Below, piece by piece: positions 1-12,650 of a DNA stretch of 64,000 nucleotides. Position numbers and translations under genes: made by a program. Source of the stretch: Dendrobates tinctorius. Its lineage: Eukaryota. Numbering within the stretch: the stretch's first letter is position 1; every line of letters starts with the position of its first letter. The notes under the pieces are model-generated. The model was given only the letters and a program-made list of their open reading frames with translations. It was not told where the DNA came from and made no database searches. The stretch is from positions 7,750,001 to 7,814,000 of the forward strand of contig NW_027361959.1 in NCBI RefSeq assembly GCF_039654945.1, given 5' to 3'.

Positions 1-251
1 AGCTGACTTAAGCCCCCCAGTCGCATGCGTGCCGATGTCAGCTGCCGGCCTCTGCATTGCCATACGCTGTGCCACAATAGACTGCAGCTGAATGTGTGTC
101 TGCCCGGTCACATCTTCTGAGACTGCGGTTGTTACGCCGCTGCTTACAAGGTGTATGCACGTGTTGTTTCGGGTGCACTAGTCTTAAATCCAGGCTTGCT
201 TTTCCCCTTTCTGTGTAAAGTTTCATATCTTTTGATGTAACCTAATTTCAG

Positions 252-373
252 ATCACCAGATTCAAAGAAAAGGAAACATCCTGTCAACGGTTTACCAACT
301 AAGAAATCTGGAAAGGAATCCAGCAGCGATGAGAGTTCCAGTGAAGAAGATGAGCCACCTGCAAAGAAGCAAG
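252..373 (+). CDS. NOLC1: NOLC1/Nopp140 internal coding exon (SPDSKKRKHPVNGLPTKKSGKESSSDESSSEEDEPPAKKQ)
   Basis: tttcag acceptor and aag|gtaaaa donor; first Ser/acidic block; upstream exons lie outside the window. Confidence 0.9.
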
Positions 374-890
374 GTAAAACATCAGATTGATATGTTGCTT
401 TTCTCAAATCTTTAAATGCTTGAAAGGTGACGTACACCTTCACATGGAATTTATATTTGGATCATTTGCTTCCTGAATGCAAATTTCACCCTTTAAATAG
501 CTGGGAATTTTGTTTTTGGCTTTTTTTTTTCACCTTCTACCAAGAGCGTAAACATTTTTTTATTTTTCCATTGCCATGGACATCTGAGGGCATGATTTTT
601 GCAGGCTAAGCAATAATTTTGAATTCTGCCATACCATGTACCGAAAAATGGAGAAAAAAAATATATATGGCATGGGGTAAGATGGTGGGAAAAAAAAAAG
701 CAGTTCCGCTGTTATGATTACTTATTAAATTTGTTTAGGCAGGTGAGGTGACTGCAGTTATGGCATTTTGATTTTTCCGCCCTTTTTTTACTGTGTGAAT
801 TTTTTTTTTTTTTTAAAGTCTTTAAATAATATGACTTTAGTCCTGTTAGGGGACCACTTGTTTTAGAGATTGTCTAAAAACAGTTTATAA

Positions 891-1876
891 TGCTGCGTTC
901 ACACGTCGCGTTTTTTTCACGTTTTCTCGGCGGTTTTAAACGCACGATATTGCCGCGAAAACGCAAAAAATAAGCATCCCATGCAATCCTATGGGATTCC
1001 ACAGTGCTGTGCTAATGCTGCGGTTTTTTCCGTGGCGGAATCGCTTTGCGGTAAAAAACGCAGCATGTTCATTAATTTAGCAGAATCGCGGCGATTCCGC
1101 CCACATAGGAATGCATTGTTCTGCTTACTTTCCGCATGTTGCTGTGCCCACCATGCGAAAAGTAAGCAGAACATTTGCGGATGGTACCCACGGTCCGGAG
1201 GAGAGGAGACTGTCCTCCAGGCTGAGAGTACCATATCCCTGTAAAAAATAGAATTAAAATAAAAAATATTGTTATTCTCACCTTCTGGCGTCCCGCGCAG
1301 CCTTCCCGCATCTCTCCACGCTCCCGGCATCTTCCGGTCCCAGTAATCCTTTGCGAGATTGACCGCGATGATGTCACGGGAGCACGACGTCTCGCGGTCA
1401 TTCGCGATGACGTCACGGGAGCACGACGTCTCGCGGTCATTCGCAATGACGTCGCGGGAGCACAACGTCTCGCGATCATTCGCGCAAAGAATTACTGGGA
1501 CCGGAAGATGCCGGGAGCGTGGAGAGAGGCGGGAAGGCTGCGCGGGCCGCCGGAAGGTGAGAATAACAATATTTTTTATTTTTTTTAATTATTTTTACAT
1601 CCTATCTTTTACTACTGATGCTGCATAGGCAGCATCAGTAGTAAAAAGTTGGTCACACTAGTCGAACACTATGTTTGATCAGTGTGACCAACCTGTCAAT
1701 CAGTTCTCCAAGCGATGCTCCAGATCGCTTGGAAAACGCTAGCATTCTGCAAGCTAATTACGCTTGCAAATCGCTAGTTTTTCCGCGGGAATTTAAAATG
1801 TGATTTTCCCGCGGAATGGAATTCCGGAATTCTCGCGGTTACTTCTGCGGGAGTTCCGCTACGTGTGACCGTAGCC
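891..1876. mobile_element. PIF/Harbinger-type MITE with internal palindrome and 39-bp tandem repeats
   Basis: TAA on both sides; imperfect TIR (gctgcgttcacacgt / acgtgtgaccgtagc); internal inverted repeat ~1245-1370 vs ~1480-1600. Confidence 0.7.
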
Positions 1877-2696
1877 TAAGGGAATTCTCTGTCTCTTATA
1901 AAGCTCACAGGAGCGCTGACATGACAGAAACGGGGGCTTTCAGCATTGTAACCCATCAGTACCCTCCGATTGTGTTGTGGGGGCTGGAGGGAACGGATAC
2001 GTGCAAGAAATTGCGCGCATACTATTTAAGTGCTGCTTTTAAATTTGACAACATCATTTGAATGTTTAACAGCATCAGCTAATATAGCTGGCATCACAGC
2101 AACATGTGGTCGGAGCTCAGTTCCTGAGCAGCCTTCATTTACGCAGACCCCTTCCCTGGATGTTAATTCACGTCGTAATGTGGAAAGGGGTTAAGTAAAT
2201 AGTCTTCATAAAAATAATTGCACCATATTGAAGCTGCATAGTGTCTGAAAGGCTTTTGGCTGAGTACTTTTGCACACTTGATGTTGTATCCCTGAAAAAA
2301 CCCGAATAGCACACATACACGTGAATGAGGCCTTGGATAGCTAGAGCCAGTGGTTGTACACATCTGGAGTAGAAACGAAAGTATCTAAACTGTAAGGCTA
2401 TGTTCACATGTGACATTTTTTTTTCTTCTTTTTGCTGTAAATTTTAAACTGCATTTTACAGTTCCAGCAAAGTCTGAGATTTCAGAAATCTCATGCAGAC
2501 ACATTGGGTTTATTTTCCTGACTGATTTGGAAAGTAAGTGAAGACTGCAGCACTCTGGTACCTACAGCTCACAATAGGAAATTACAGAAGGCGACACTTC
2601 CACAAGAGAAAAATCGGAAACTAGTATCAGGCTGCAAAGTATATATCAATGGGTCTGAAAATGAATGATTGAAGATTGCAGACAAAGTTTTATTAA

Positions 2697-3474
2697 ATAC
2701 TAGCTGAAGAGCCGGCGCTGCCCGGGCATATAAACTAACTACAGTTGATTATAACAAATTATAATGTGTATGTGTGTGTATGTATGTATATATAGCTGAG
2801 TGTATAGCACCACCCACTCCGCATAGCCACATTCACTGTAATATCCCACATCATCCCGTCAGCTAGAGCTACCGGACTACTACCCCTAATATCCCACATC
2901 ATCCTGTCAGCCAGAGCCATCGGACAACTACCACTAATATCCCACCTGGGGTGAGAATCAGAGCGCTGAGGGATTCACCCTAACTTCCATACCGGAGATC
3001 CCTTTAAGAGAGCCTGGGGTCCGTACCAGAGCATTTGAAGGCAATTGCCCTGACTTCCATACCGGGGATCCCTTTAAGAGAGGCCTGGAGTCAATACCAA
3101 AGCGCAGAGTGGATTTGCCCTAACTTCCATACCAATGATCACTTTAAGAGACCCTGGAGTCAGAACCACAGCGCTGAGTGGAACGGTCCTAACTTCCATA
3201 CTGGGGATCCATTTAAGAGAGACCTGGGGTCAAAACCAAAGTGCTCTGTGCTTCTTTCTAGGGGGCAGACAATGGCTGGGAGCTTTTGTTCCCAGGAATG
3301 CTAGATTTCTTCCACCCAGTCAGTGTCTGCTTAGGTGTTGTCAAGTGGGAAAACTTGTTCATAGCAACCAATCACAGCTCAGCTTCTTTTAACCAGCTCT
3401 GGTGAAATGAAAGATGCTTCGTGATTGGTTGGTGATACACACAAACATACATTCAGTTTTATATATATATAGAT
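2697..3474. mobile_element. Non-autonomous Helentron/HINE-like element with microsatellite and ~47-bp and ~61-bp tandem repeats
   Basis: 5' ACTAG followed by a GC-rich palindrome, (TGTA)n tract, 3' end ttttatatatatagat. Confidence 0.55.
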
Positions 3475-3535
3475 AGGCAACCAATAGCACGAAAAACAAA
3501 AAAAATTTAATGAATCTTTCTCTTGTGTATTTTAG

Positions 3536-3648
3536 CCACTTCAGCAAGCAAAAAGCCCATATCCAAAACTCCTCCTTCTAACAAAGCCAAAAAAAGCAGC
3601 AGCGAAGACTCCAGTGATTCTGAGGAAGACACTAAGAAAGCTCCACTG
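3536..3648 (+). CDS. NOLC1: NOLC1 coding exon (ATSASKKPISKTPPSNKAKKSSSEDSSDSEEDTKKAPL)
   Basis: Polypyrimidine tract + tttag acceptor, ctg|gtatgt donor; phase matches neighbouring exons. Confidence 0.88.
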
Positions 3649-3669
3649 GTATGTTACACATTCTATTAA

Positions 3670-6553
3670 CTCCTTAATCACCCATGATGTACATTTGTAC
3701 AATGTAAGTCGCTAATGTAAGTATGAAGCTGGCTTAGCAGCTGAGCCAGCTTAACCCCTTCATGACCGTAGCAGTTTTCGTTTTTCGCTCCCCTTCTTCC
3801 CAGAGCCATAACTTTTTTTATTTTTCCATCAATATGACTGCTTATTTTTTATGGGATGAGCTGTACTTTTGAACGACACCATTGGTGTTTTACCATGTCT
3901 TGTACTCAAAAACGGGAAAAAAATTCCAAGTGCCGTGAAATTGCAAAAAAAAGTGCAATCCCACATTTGTTTTTTGTTTTGGCTTTTTTTTTTTGCTAGG
4001 TTCACTAAATGCTAAAACTGACCTGCCATTATGATTCTCCAGGTCATTGAGTTCATAGACACCAAACATGTCTAGGTTCTTTTCTATCTAAGTGGTGAAA
4101 AAAATTCCAAAGTTTGCTTAAAAAAAAATTGCCCATTTTCCGAGACCCGTAGCGTCTCCATTTCTCTATCGCCTCATTGGGGTACACAGGAACCATGGGT
4201 CTATGCTGCTGTTGCCACTAGGAGGCTGACACTATGCACATGAAAAAAGTTTGCTCCTCCTCTGCAGTGTACACCCCACTGACTGGCACTAAGTTTATCA
4301 GTTTTAGCTTAGTGTCAGTAGCAAGTGAATACTGGTCTTTCATTAGACCTTTATCTACCTCAGTGTGCGTCGTTCCTTTTCAGGCACCCAGAGGGATGTT
4401 GTGAACAGTCACTACTGTACTCCCACAAAGAGACTGAGTATGGCGTGTACTGCCATCTCGTATCCTCATATGTCTGGCCGGCAGGACCACAGCCCCTAAC
4501 ACAGAAGCGTATTCAGGTGAGCTGGATCCTGTCCTGCCTTCGTCCCTCTACCCACTCGCCCACCAGAGCCTGTCGGTTTGTGGAGACGCGGACATCCCGC
4601 ACCGCTTGATCTTCGGACGTCCGATATTCAGGAGTGGAGGTATTTCTCTCTTTCCCCCCTCCCCTCCAGGACCCGGAGTAAAATAAGAAATTGAAGATCA
4701 GGGAGATAAAAAAAAAAAACAAAAAAACATGCCTTTATTTCATTTTTGGGTATTCCCCTTTAATCCTCCTTTTCCAGTCACAATGCTGGATATCTGACCG
4801 AGATCCAGCTGGTGGAGTATTGATTACACACAGGGCACGTCTCATACCTTGCTCTGTGTCCTGCCCGCAGCTGCGCATTTGGATCTGTGCTTACTGGCTA
4901 CCGTGCCGCTCTCCCATGCTCCAACGGTCACCAGCGCTAATCTAGGTCCCGGCTTCGGCTGGGCCTAGCTGCAGAGTTGGCTCCGCCCCCTTTTCCTTGT
5001 TCTTCGGGCGGGCTTTTCTCCCACCCGTCGCTTCAGATGTTCCCTTCCGGCCTGCGGCTAGTCTCGCCTCCCACGGCTTCTTCTCTCCGCCGGAGCCAGC
5101 GCCATCTTACTGCTCCAGGACCTGGTTCTTTGCTCCGCCCCCTCTTCTCCTCCCTGCTTTTCGGGAGTTTGTTCTCCCGTCTCCTGAGGTTTCTGCTGGC
5201 CTGTGGCTAGCTCCGCCCCTCGGCCTCATCCCCCTCTGGAGTCAGCACCATCTTGCTGCTCCAATGCCTGGCGCTTAGCCCCGCCCCCTTCTCATCTGGC
5301 TTTTGGCACGGGCTTTGCAGCATACACCAGCAGCGCGTGCTTTTTGTCCCATGGATCTTGCCTCCCTCCTCGCAGGATCCTGTTGGTGCCTTCGTTACTA
5401 CCTGGACCGAATACCTCACGGGGGACATGAGTTCTGACGTTCTACACGAACTGTGAGTAGCTGCTCTGCAGCCTGACACTCTCCTCTGCATCTTTTCTGT
5501 CCCCTAACCTGGCATCAGTTAGTGGGTCTGCTCATCATGCCTAAGCATAAAGGAGAGCCTGCTCGTCTCCCTGCTTCCTCTTCCTCTGACTCCTCCACCC
5601 TTGTCAGACACTTCATGTGCTCTTTGTGCAAAACCAAACTCCCCTAAGGTCAGTCCTCTCCCTCTGTCAGGACTGCAGCAACCCCACTGTGCCTACTGCC
5701 CAGGAGTCCCTTCCCACCCCAGGCGAGACTGAGACACCTGTTTAAAACAGGTGACATGTCGCGACTCACCGCCAGAGCCCACCTCAAAGCGGGGGATACT
5801 GCCAGCTGACGTACTATTCCGTCAGCTAGCAGTAGGAGGTTAATACCAGGCAGACCTTGGATGTGTTATTTAGCTGGCATCTGTCTGTGACTGCAGCAAC
5901 TGGAGTTGGTTCTGATCTCTGCAGTTAAACCACTTAAATGCTGTTGCTAATCTGTAATAGTGGAATTTTCTTGCTGCCATTGCAGGGAAATGTCACTATG
6001 GCAGCCAGGGGACTGCGGGAAGACCATGTAACTGCTATCTTTGTTCTAAGAAATTCAGCCCACAAGCTGATCTTAGAACATTGATTTCTCTATCTATTGG
6101 AATACTGTGGTGTTGCATAGTATAAAGCATCAAACAATTGCAAGTTGAAGTCCCCTAAGGGAATTTAAAAAAAATAGGTAAAAATGGGGAAAAAAATCTT
6201 TATGAACAATACATAAGAAAAATAAAAGCTTAAATCGCCCCCTATCTTCCCTTGCAAAAATACATAAAAAAATAAACGTTAGACACAGATGCCAATATCT
6301 ATCAAAACGTAAAATTACTTAAACTGCACATTTAACACATAAAAGAAAATTGGAATGCTATTTTTCTGACGCTGTACTTCTCCCACAATATTTAGTTAAA
6401 AAACAAAATGACACTTGTATCCCAAATTAGGATCAATTAAAACATCAAGCTCTCATACAGTTAAGTCGCCGATAATATAAAGGTATGGCTCTTGGAATGA
6501 AAGGGGAGCAAAGAAATATCTAAAAACAATAAACTGTGTAGTCATGAAGGGGG
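3670..6553. mobile_element. Nested TTAA-flanked piggyBac-type non-autonomous elements (outer ~3670..6553, inner ~3755..5839)
   Basis: ttaa-ctcctt and ttaa-cccctt starts; ggagg-ttaa and aaggggg-ttaa ends; similar to other intronic copies. Confidence 0.55.
4161..5740 (+). mobile_element. DIRS retrotransposon 5' fragment (left ITR, GC-rich leader, start of gag with CxxC motif)
   Basis: Starts tttctctatcgcctcattgggg like the other DIRS left ends; gag-like MPKHK...FMCSLCK at ~5537; truncated. Confidence 0.8.
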
Positions 6554-6832
6554 TTAAACATGCGTCTTGCGTCTTTTTCTCGTCGTAATATTGTGATCAG
6601 GAATGGATTGTAAACTGATAAAGAGTCCAATGAAAGAGTTCCACAAAGGCCATTTTCAAACGTCTCTAAAAGATGAGCTGTATTCCGATTGCAATACCCG
6701 GGCCGACCGCTGGTTCTCCTGACCTGAGCTAACCGCCACACAGTCATATGTGAGGCAGCTCAGCTTGGATCAGGAGGGGGAGCCGGGTATTGCAATCCAA
6801 TTATGATCTGTTTTCATGGATGTGTGGAACTA

Positions 6833-8471
6833 CAGTCATATGTTAAAGTTTGGGCACCCCTATTAATGTTAACCTTTTTTCTTTATAACAATTTTGGTTT
6901 TAGCAACAGCTATTTCAGTTTCATATAGCTAATAACTGATGGACTCAGTTATATTTCTGGATTCAAATGAGGTTTATTGTACTAACAGAAAATGTGCAAT
7001 CTGCGTTTAAACAAAATTTGACCGATGCAAAAGTATGGGCACCTCAACATAAAAGTGACATTAATATTTCGTAGATCCTCCTTTTGCAAAAATAACAGCC
7101 TATAGTCGCTTACTGTAGCTATTAATGAGTTCCTGGATGAAGGTGTTTGTGACCATTCCTGTTTACAAAACAATTCCAGTTCAGTTAAGTTTGATGGTCG
7201 CCGAGCATGGACAGCCCGCTTCAAATCATCCCACAGATGTTCAATGGTATTCAGGTCTGGGGACTGGGATGGCCATTCCAGAACATTGTAATTGTTCCTC
7301 TGCATGAATGCCTGAGTAGATTTGGAGCGGTGTTTTGGATCATTGTCTTGCTGAAATATCCATCCCCTGCATAACTTCAACTTCGTCACTGATTCTTGCA
7401 CATTATTGTCAAGAATCTGCTGATACTGAGTTGAATCCATGCGACCCTCAACTTTAACAAGATTCCCGGTGCCGGCATTGGCCACATAGCCCCAAAGCAT
7501 GATGGAACCTCCACCAAATTTTACTGTGGGTAGCAAGTGTTTTTCTTGGAATGCTGTGTTTTTTAGCCTCCATGCATAATGCCTTTTTGTATGACCAAAC
7601 AACTCAATCTTTGTTTCATCAGTCCACAGGGCCTTCTTCCAAAATGTAACAGGCTTGTCCAAATGTGCTTTTGCATACCTCAGGCGACTCTGTTTGTGGC
7701 GTGCTTGCAGAAACGGCTTCTTTCGCATCACTCTCCCATACAGCTTCTCCTTGTGCAAAGTGCGCTGTATTGTTGACCGATGCACAGTGACACCATCTGC
7801 AGCAAGATGATGCTGCAGGTCTTTGGAGGTGGTCTGTGGATTGTCCTTGACTGTTCTCACCATTCTTCTTCTCTGCCTTTCTGATATTTTTCTTGGCCTG
7901 CCACTTCTGGGCTTAACAAGAACTGTACCTGTGTTCTTCCATTTCCTTACTATGTTCCTCACAGTGGAAACTGACAGGTTAAATCTCTGAGACAACTTTT
8001 TGTATCCTTCCCCTGAAAAGCTATGTTGAATAATCTTTGTTTTCAGATCTTTTGAGAGTTGTTTTGAGGAGGCCATGATGCCACTCTTCATAGGAGAATC
8101 AAATAGGAGAACTACTTGCAAGTGGCCACCTTAAATACCTTTTCTCATGATTTGATACACCTGGCTATGAAGTTCAAAGCTCAATGAAGTTACAAAACCA
8201 ATTTAGTGCTTCAAGAAGTCAGTAAAAAGTAGTTAGGAGTGTTCAAATCAAGAAAATAAGGGTGCCCATACTTTTGCATTGGTCAAATTTTGTTTAAATG
8301 CAGATTGCACATTTTCTGTTAGTACAATAAACCTCATTTGAATCTAGAAATATAACTGAGTCCATCAGTTATTAGATATATGAAACTGAAATAGCTGTTG
8401 CAAAAACCAAAATTGTTATAAAGAAAAAAGGTTAACATTAATAGGGGTGCCCAAACTTTAACATATGACTG
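6833..8471 (-). mobile_element. Tc1/mariner DD34E DNA transposon, IR/DR type, ~210-bp TIRs, TA TSD
   Basis: ta|cagtcatatgttaaagtttgggcacccc ... ggggtgcccaaactttaacatatgactg|ta; inner repeat aaagtatgggcacc. Confidence 0.97.
7061..8076 (-). pseudogene. Tc1 transposase with C-terminal frameshift
   Basis: GRPRK, WTDETK, QQDND-34-E (SPDLNTIE); frame shifts near 7135 before AKGGSTKY*. Confidence 0.9.
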
Positions 8472-8477
8472 TAGCTA

Positions 8478-9950
8478 AAGGGTACTTCACACTAAGTGAG
8501 ATCGCTAGCGCGATCGCTGATGCGTCACCGATGTGACACAACAGCGATCTCGCTGTGTGTGGCACGCATCAGCGACCGCCCCCCCCCTCGCCGGGTATCG
8601 CTGATCGTGCAGGAATGTCCTGGGCCATTTTTTGATTGTTGGTCTCCCGCTGGCCAGCATGCATTGCTGCGTGTGACAGCGGGAGACCAACGATCAGCGA
8701 GCTCCCAGTGCTGTAAGCTGGTATCCAAGGTAAACAGCTGGTAACTAAGCGCCGGGATGTCACAGTGGCTGTGACCAGGTTCGTGGACCCAGGCGGTCAT
8801 TGCAAATGTTGGAGTGTAATAAAATGAGAATAAAGTTTATATATGAATACGTGACGCCACCTGTGGTATTCTGGTCAGAGGTGACCAGCGCTGCGGTGTT
8901 GTTCCCCTGAGACTGTTGATCTGTCGCAGCTGAGGTGAAAATGGCTCTCCACAGGTAGAGCAATAGTCCCAGGGCCGTTGAGAGTTCTTTTTAGGGGTGA
9001 TGATGTCAGGTGGAGTGGACGATGTAGCAGTGCTAGGTGCAGAAAGGAGACAAAGGACTTAGTTGAATGTAGTTCCAAGGGGCTTTACTCACAGTCTGGT
9101 GCACACAGATGCCCACTTCGGTGCTGAGTCCTCCAGGCAAAGGGGTCCAGTCAACTTTCAGGCAAAATGAAGTACACCCTTCCAGCACTCCCTGTCAGTT
9201 TGTACCTTTCTTGGCCGTCTCCTCACACTATGCTGATTATACTCCTTCCTTCCTTTCAGCTTCTCACAATCAAGTGTAAATTCGCTATGGCCCATAAAGG
9301 AACCACAGCTGTCAGCTTGCTAGTTAAGTCACAATGTCTACTCCACTAGGCTAGGGGCTGAGACCCTCCTGCGACCTGGATTCTTCCCCCACCTGACGGC
9401 CGTCAGCGTGGGACGAGCCCCACGGGGAGCACTCTCCACCCGTGCCTCTAGAAGAACCACTCTTTCCTTCAGGGAGCCTTTCTTAGAAAACAATCCGTCC
9501 ACCAGCCCTCCTGACAGGAGCTGCGCCAGACACGTCTTGTCACTTCCCCTCCCTCTGAGGGAACTCTCCAACTGACTACAAATCTCCCGCTCTTTTCCTA
9601 AGCTCCGCCCACCTCCAAGCAGGGACCATAAAGGATGCGCTGCTATGCTCGTGTGTGCGGGATGTGAGTGTTGGAGTCTGGTCGGGTGCCCCCATCTTAC
9701 CTGGTCGTGAGATACCACACCTCTGGATGAGGTGCAGTACCTCTGTGGCTACTGGACCCGCAGGGGCGCCACACAAGCTCTTAGTTACTTGCTATTTACC
9801 CTGGATACAAGCGTCCTCGCTGGTCCTGATCACTGTTGAGTTTGCCTGTTTGACAGTTCCCCAGCAATCATGTAGCGACGCACCAGCGATCCTGACCAGG
9901 TCGTATCGTTGTCGGGATCGCTGGTGCGTCGTTTAGTGTAACGGGACCAT
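8478..9950. mobile_element. Harbinger-type palindromic MITE interrupted by an LTR-like insert
   Basis: Related to MITE 49472..50131; halves 8478-8750 and 9775-9950 are complementary. Confidence 0.55.
8751..9773. mobile_element. Probable solo LTR, one end eroded
   Basis: ~1-kb non-coding insert splitting a MITE at its centre; ends ...ggggcgccaca. Confidence 0.4.
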
Positions 9951-11274
9951 TACCCTGTGTTTTGCGTCCACTTCTGGTGCTGACTGATGTGACTTTCTTT
10001 ATCGCCTTATTGGGGGACACAGATTACCATGGGTGTATGCTGCTGCTGCTAGGAGGCTGACACTATGCAAAACAAGAAAATTAGCTCCTCCCCGGCAGTA
10101 TACACCCACCGACAGGCACCAAGCACCTCAGTTTGTGCTTAGTGTCTGTAGGAGGCGGACCGGGATCTCCCCAGATCCGCAGTTAACTTTTTTCCCTTAG
10201 GTTTTCTAGTAGAACGTTTTTAATTCTTTGTCTTTTGTCTTTCAGATTCAAGTCGGGAAACAGGGTGTAAGTTTCACCCTGATTTCCCATATCAGGCGGC
10301 TGAGCGAGCAGTGTGGCGTACCCCACATCGCAACTCTCAGTACCGCTGGCAGGACTTTTTCCCTATCACCTTCTGGTGCTATGGGTTGTGGGCAGGTGGC
10401 TGGTCCTTGCCAAATCCCCCTCCTCACCCCTCTCTCGGGACAGGGCTGAGAGGAAGACGGCGATCGCAAGTAGTGCATCCTCCACATCCAACAAGAGGTT
10501 AACGCCGTCTTCTGCAGGATGCGGGTACAGAGGACATTTCCCAGCGGCTTGCCTTATGCTCGTGGGCCCCTGTGATCATCCTCTTCAGGGACGTCAGGTA
10601 AGTGCCTGTACGATCCCTCCAGCCCCGCAGTGTTACCAGAGAACCCATCGGGAGTAACAGCTACAGGCTTCCCTGTTTGAATCTCCCGCCTCTCTCCCCT
10701 GCCTGCCGCGCACCGCTCTCATCAGCCGCGCGCCTCCCTATCTATATTCAGGGGGGCACAGAACAATTCACAGCCTGGGCAGGGATTTCAAGGGAATCTG
10801 CCGGCATTGTACCGTAATATCGGCGTTTTTTATTGTCCTGAGTAGTTATCAGGCACCGGGCTGCGGCGGCATCAGTTTCACTTTCACTTTCGTTTCAGCT
10901 GCTTTCAGCGCGTTTCCTCCTCCTTCTGAGCGCGCTTTCCTGCGCGCCTTTCCTATCCTATCACAGGGCTCCTTTCTATTTTGCCATAGCCAGCTCCCTT
11001 CTCCCCGCGCCCTCCTTACTGCCCTTATCCAATCGCGGCTCAGCTGCTAAGCTCCGCCCGCCGCTTCCTTTATACAGTAGTTCCTGGTCGTCTTTTCTCT
11101 TCCTGTGTTGCGTGGGGGACACGTCGGCTTTCTCTGCTCGCCTGAATCTCGGTAGGCTCTGCGGCTCAAATTAGCTCCTCTCCGCATTTTTTCCCCCTAA
11201 CTCGTCTGGCCATTCAGCGCAGGTTACTTAGGCCCAACCCTTCAAGGGGTCTCAGCTTCAGGCCCACAGCTACC

Positions 11275-12620
11275 CACTACGCTTGTGCGCGCTGTAATAA
11301 GAAGTGGGCTTCAGGTCAGTCATCCCCCTTCTGTCCGTCCTGCAGGCCTTCCATTATGTCTGCCTCTCAGGAGCACACCGAGTCCCGGGATGAGGATGCT
11401 CCACCTCCCCCAGAGTGGACCGTGGTAATGTCTCAGTCGGTCGCTGACTTGACTAAAGTTTCTCAGTCTCTGGTCCAGGTCTTAGAACGATTGCCTCAGC
11501 TAGCTACAGCCACCTGCGCACCGACCGCCTCTCAAGGTGAGTCGTCCGCACCTGACCGCGACCTTCAGAGAGAAAGATCGGGCAGGAGTTCTAGGCGATG
11601 ACTCCCAATCGGGGTCTAGTCCAGACGCCGACAACGCATCTAAAACACGGGACATGGTCGATAGTCTCATTTCGGCTATCTTCCAAACCCTTAAAATTAA
11701 GCAAGATAAAGCTCCCCCTCAGGAAGGCTCTGTGCTCTTTAAACGAGCAAGGCCCCCATCTCGAACCTTTCCCAATCACAAAGAGTTCGAGACTACCTTG
11801 TCCAAACACTGGGAGCGCCCTGAGCTACGTTACTCAGGCCGCAGGTATTTAGACGTCCTGTATCCCTTTGATGCGGACCTGCTCACAAAGTGGACCAAGA
11901 CTCCCGAGGTGGATCCCCCAGTGTCACGGATAGCCTCAAAAACGGTTCTATCCCTGACAGATGGGGCATCGCTTAAAGATCCTACTGACAGGCAGATTGA
12001 ATCTCTGGCTAAGTCAATCTTTGAGGCATCCGGCGCCTCCCTCTGTCCTATTTTCGCATCCGCCTGGGTGGTGAAAGTCATTTCCGCTTGGGCTAAAATT
12101 CTTCGCAAGGGCATCTTAGCGACAGCTTCTCAAGACAAGTTAGCAGATCTGGTAGATCAGATTAACCATGCGGGTAAATACCTTTTGGCCGCCTCCTTGG
12201 ACGCGGCCGGGTGTGTAGCTATGGCTAACAGCAACGTAGTCGCTATACGCCGAGTCCTTTGGCTAAAGTCATGGAATGAGGATACTACTTCAAAAAAGTC
12301 GCTTACTAATCTGCCATTCCATGGCTCTAGGCTCTTTGGAGCCAAGCTGGATCAGATAATCTCCGATGCCACTGGCGGTAAAAGCACTTCTCTCCCCCAA
12401 TTCTTGACCAAAACGCTTTTTTAACAGAAAGGGTTTTCGGCCGTTCAGGTCCTTTCGTCCCTTCTCTTCCACGGAAAGATCTGCTCCGCAAGATCGCTCT
12501 TCCACCACTAGGGAGAAGAAAAAGGAAAAAAAAAAAAAAAACCTTCTTGCAAGCCCCGCTCCCCGCTGGAGATCTAGAGGTCTTCAGGCGCCAGTTCCGG
12601 CAGGTTTTCCTCCAAGTGAC
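11275..12620 (+). pseudogene. DIRS gag-like ORF1, frameshifted
   Basis: CARC...CPSC zinc-finger-like motif, PPEW, P.VDPPVSR, LKDPTDR, LPFHGSRLFG homologous to intact ORF 35801..37243. Confidence 0.85.
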
Positions 12621-12650
12621 GGGTCACCCCCACCTGGAAGTTCTTCCAGG

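Noticed and set aside
989-1628. ORFs inside MITEs and array units (also 33155-34900, 40846-42300, 58489-59900)
   Set aside because: By-products of repeated or palindromic non-coding DNA with no domains.
2590-2635. GAAACTAGTA resembling a hammerhead 3' half
   Set aside because: No CUGANGA box or stems upstream.
10031-10146. Calling the DIRS 5' fold a canonical HDV-like ribozyme
   Set aside because: P1.1 GG and the J4/2 consensus are missing and an extra spacer is present; kept only as an unassigned structure.
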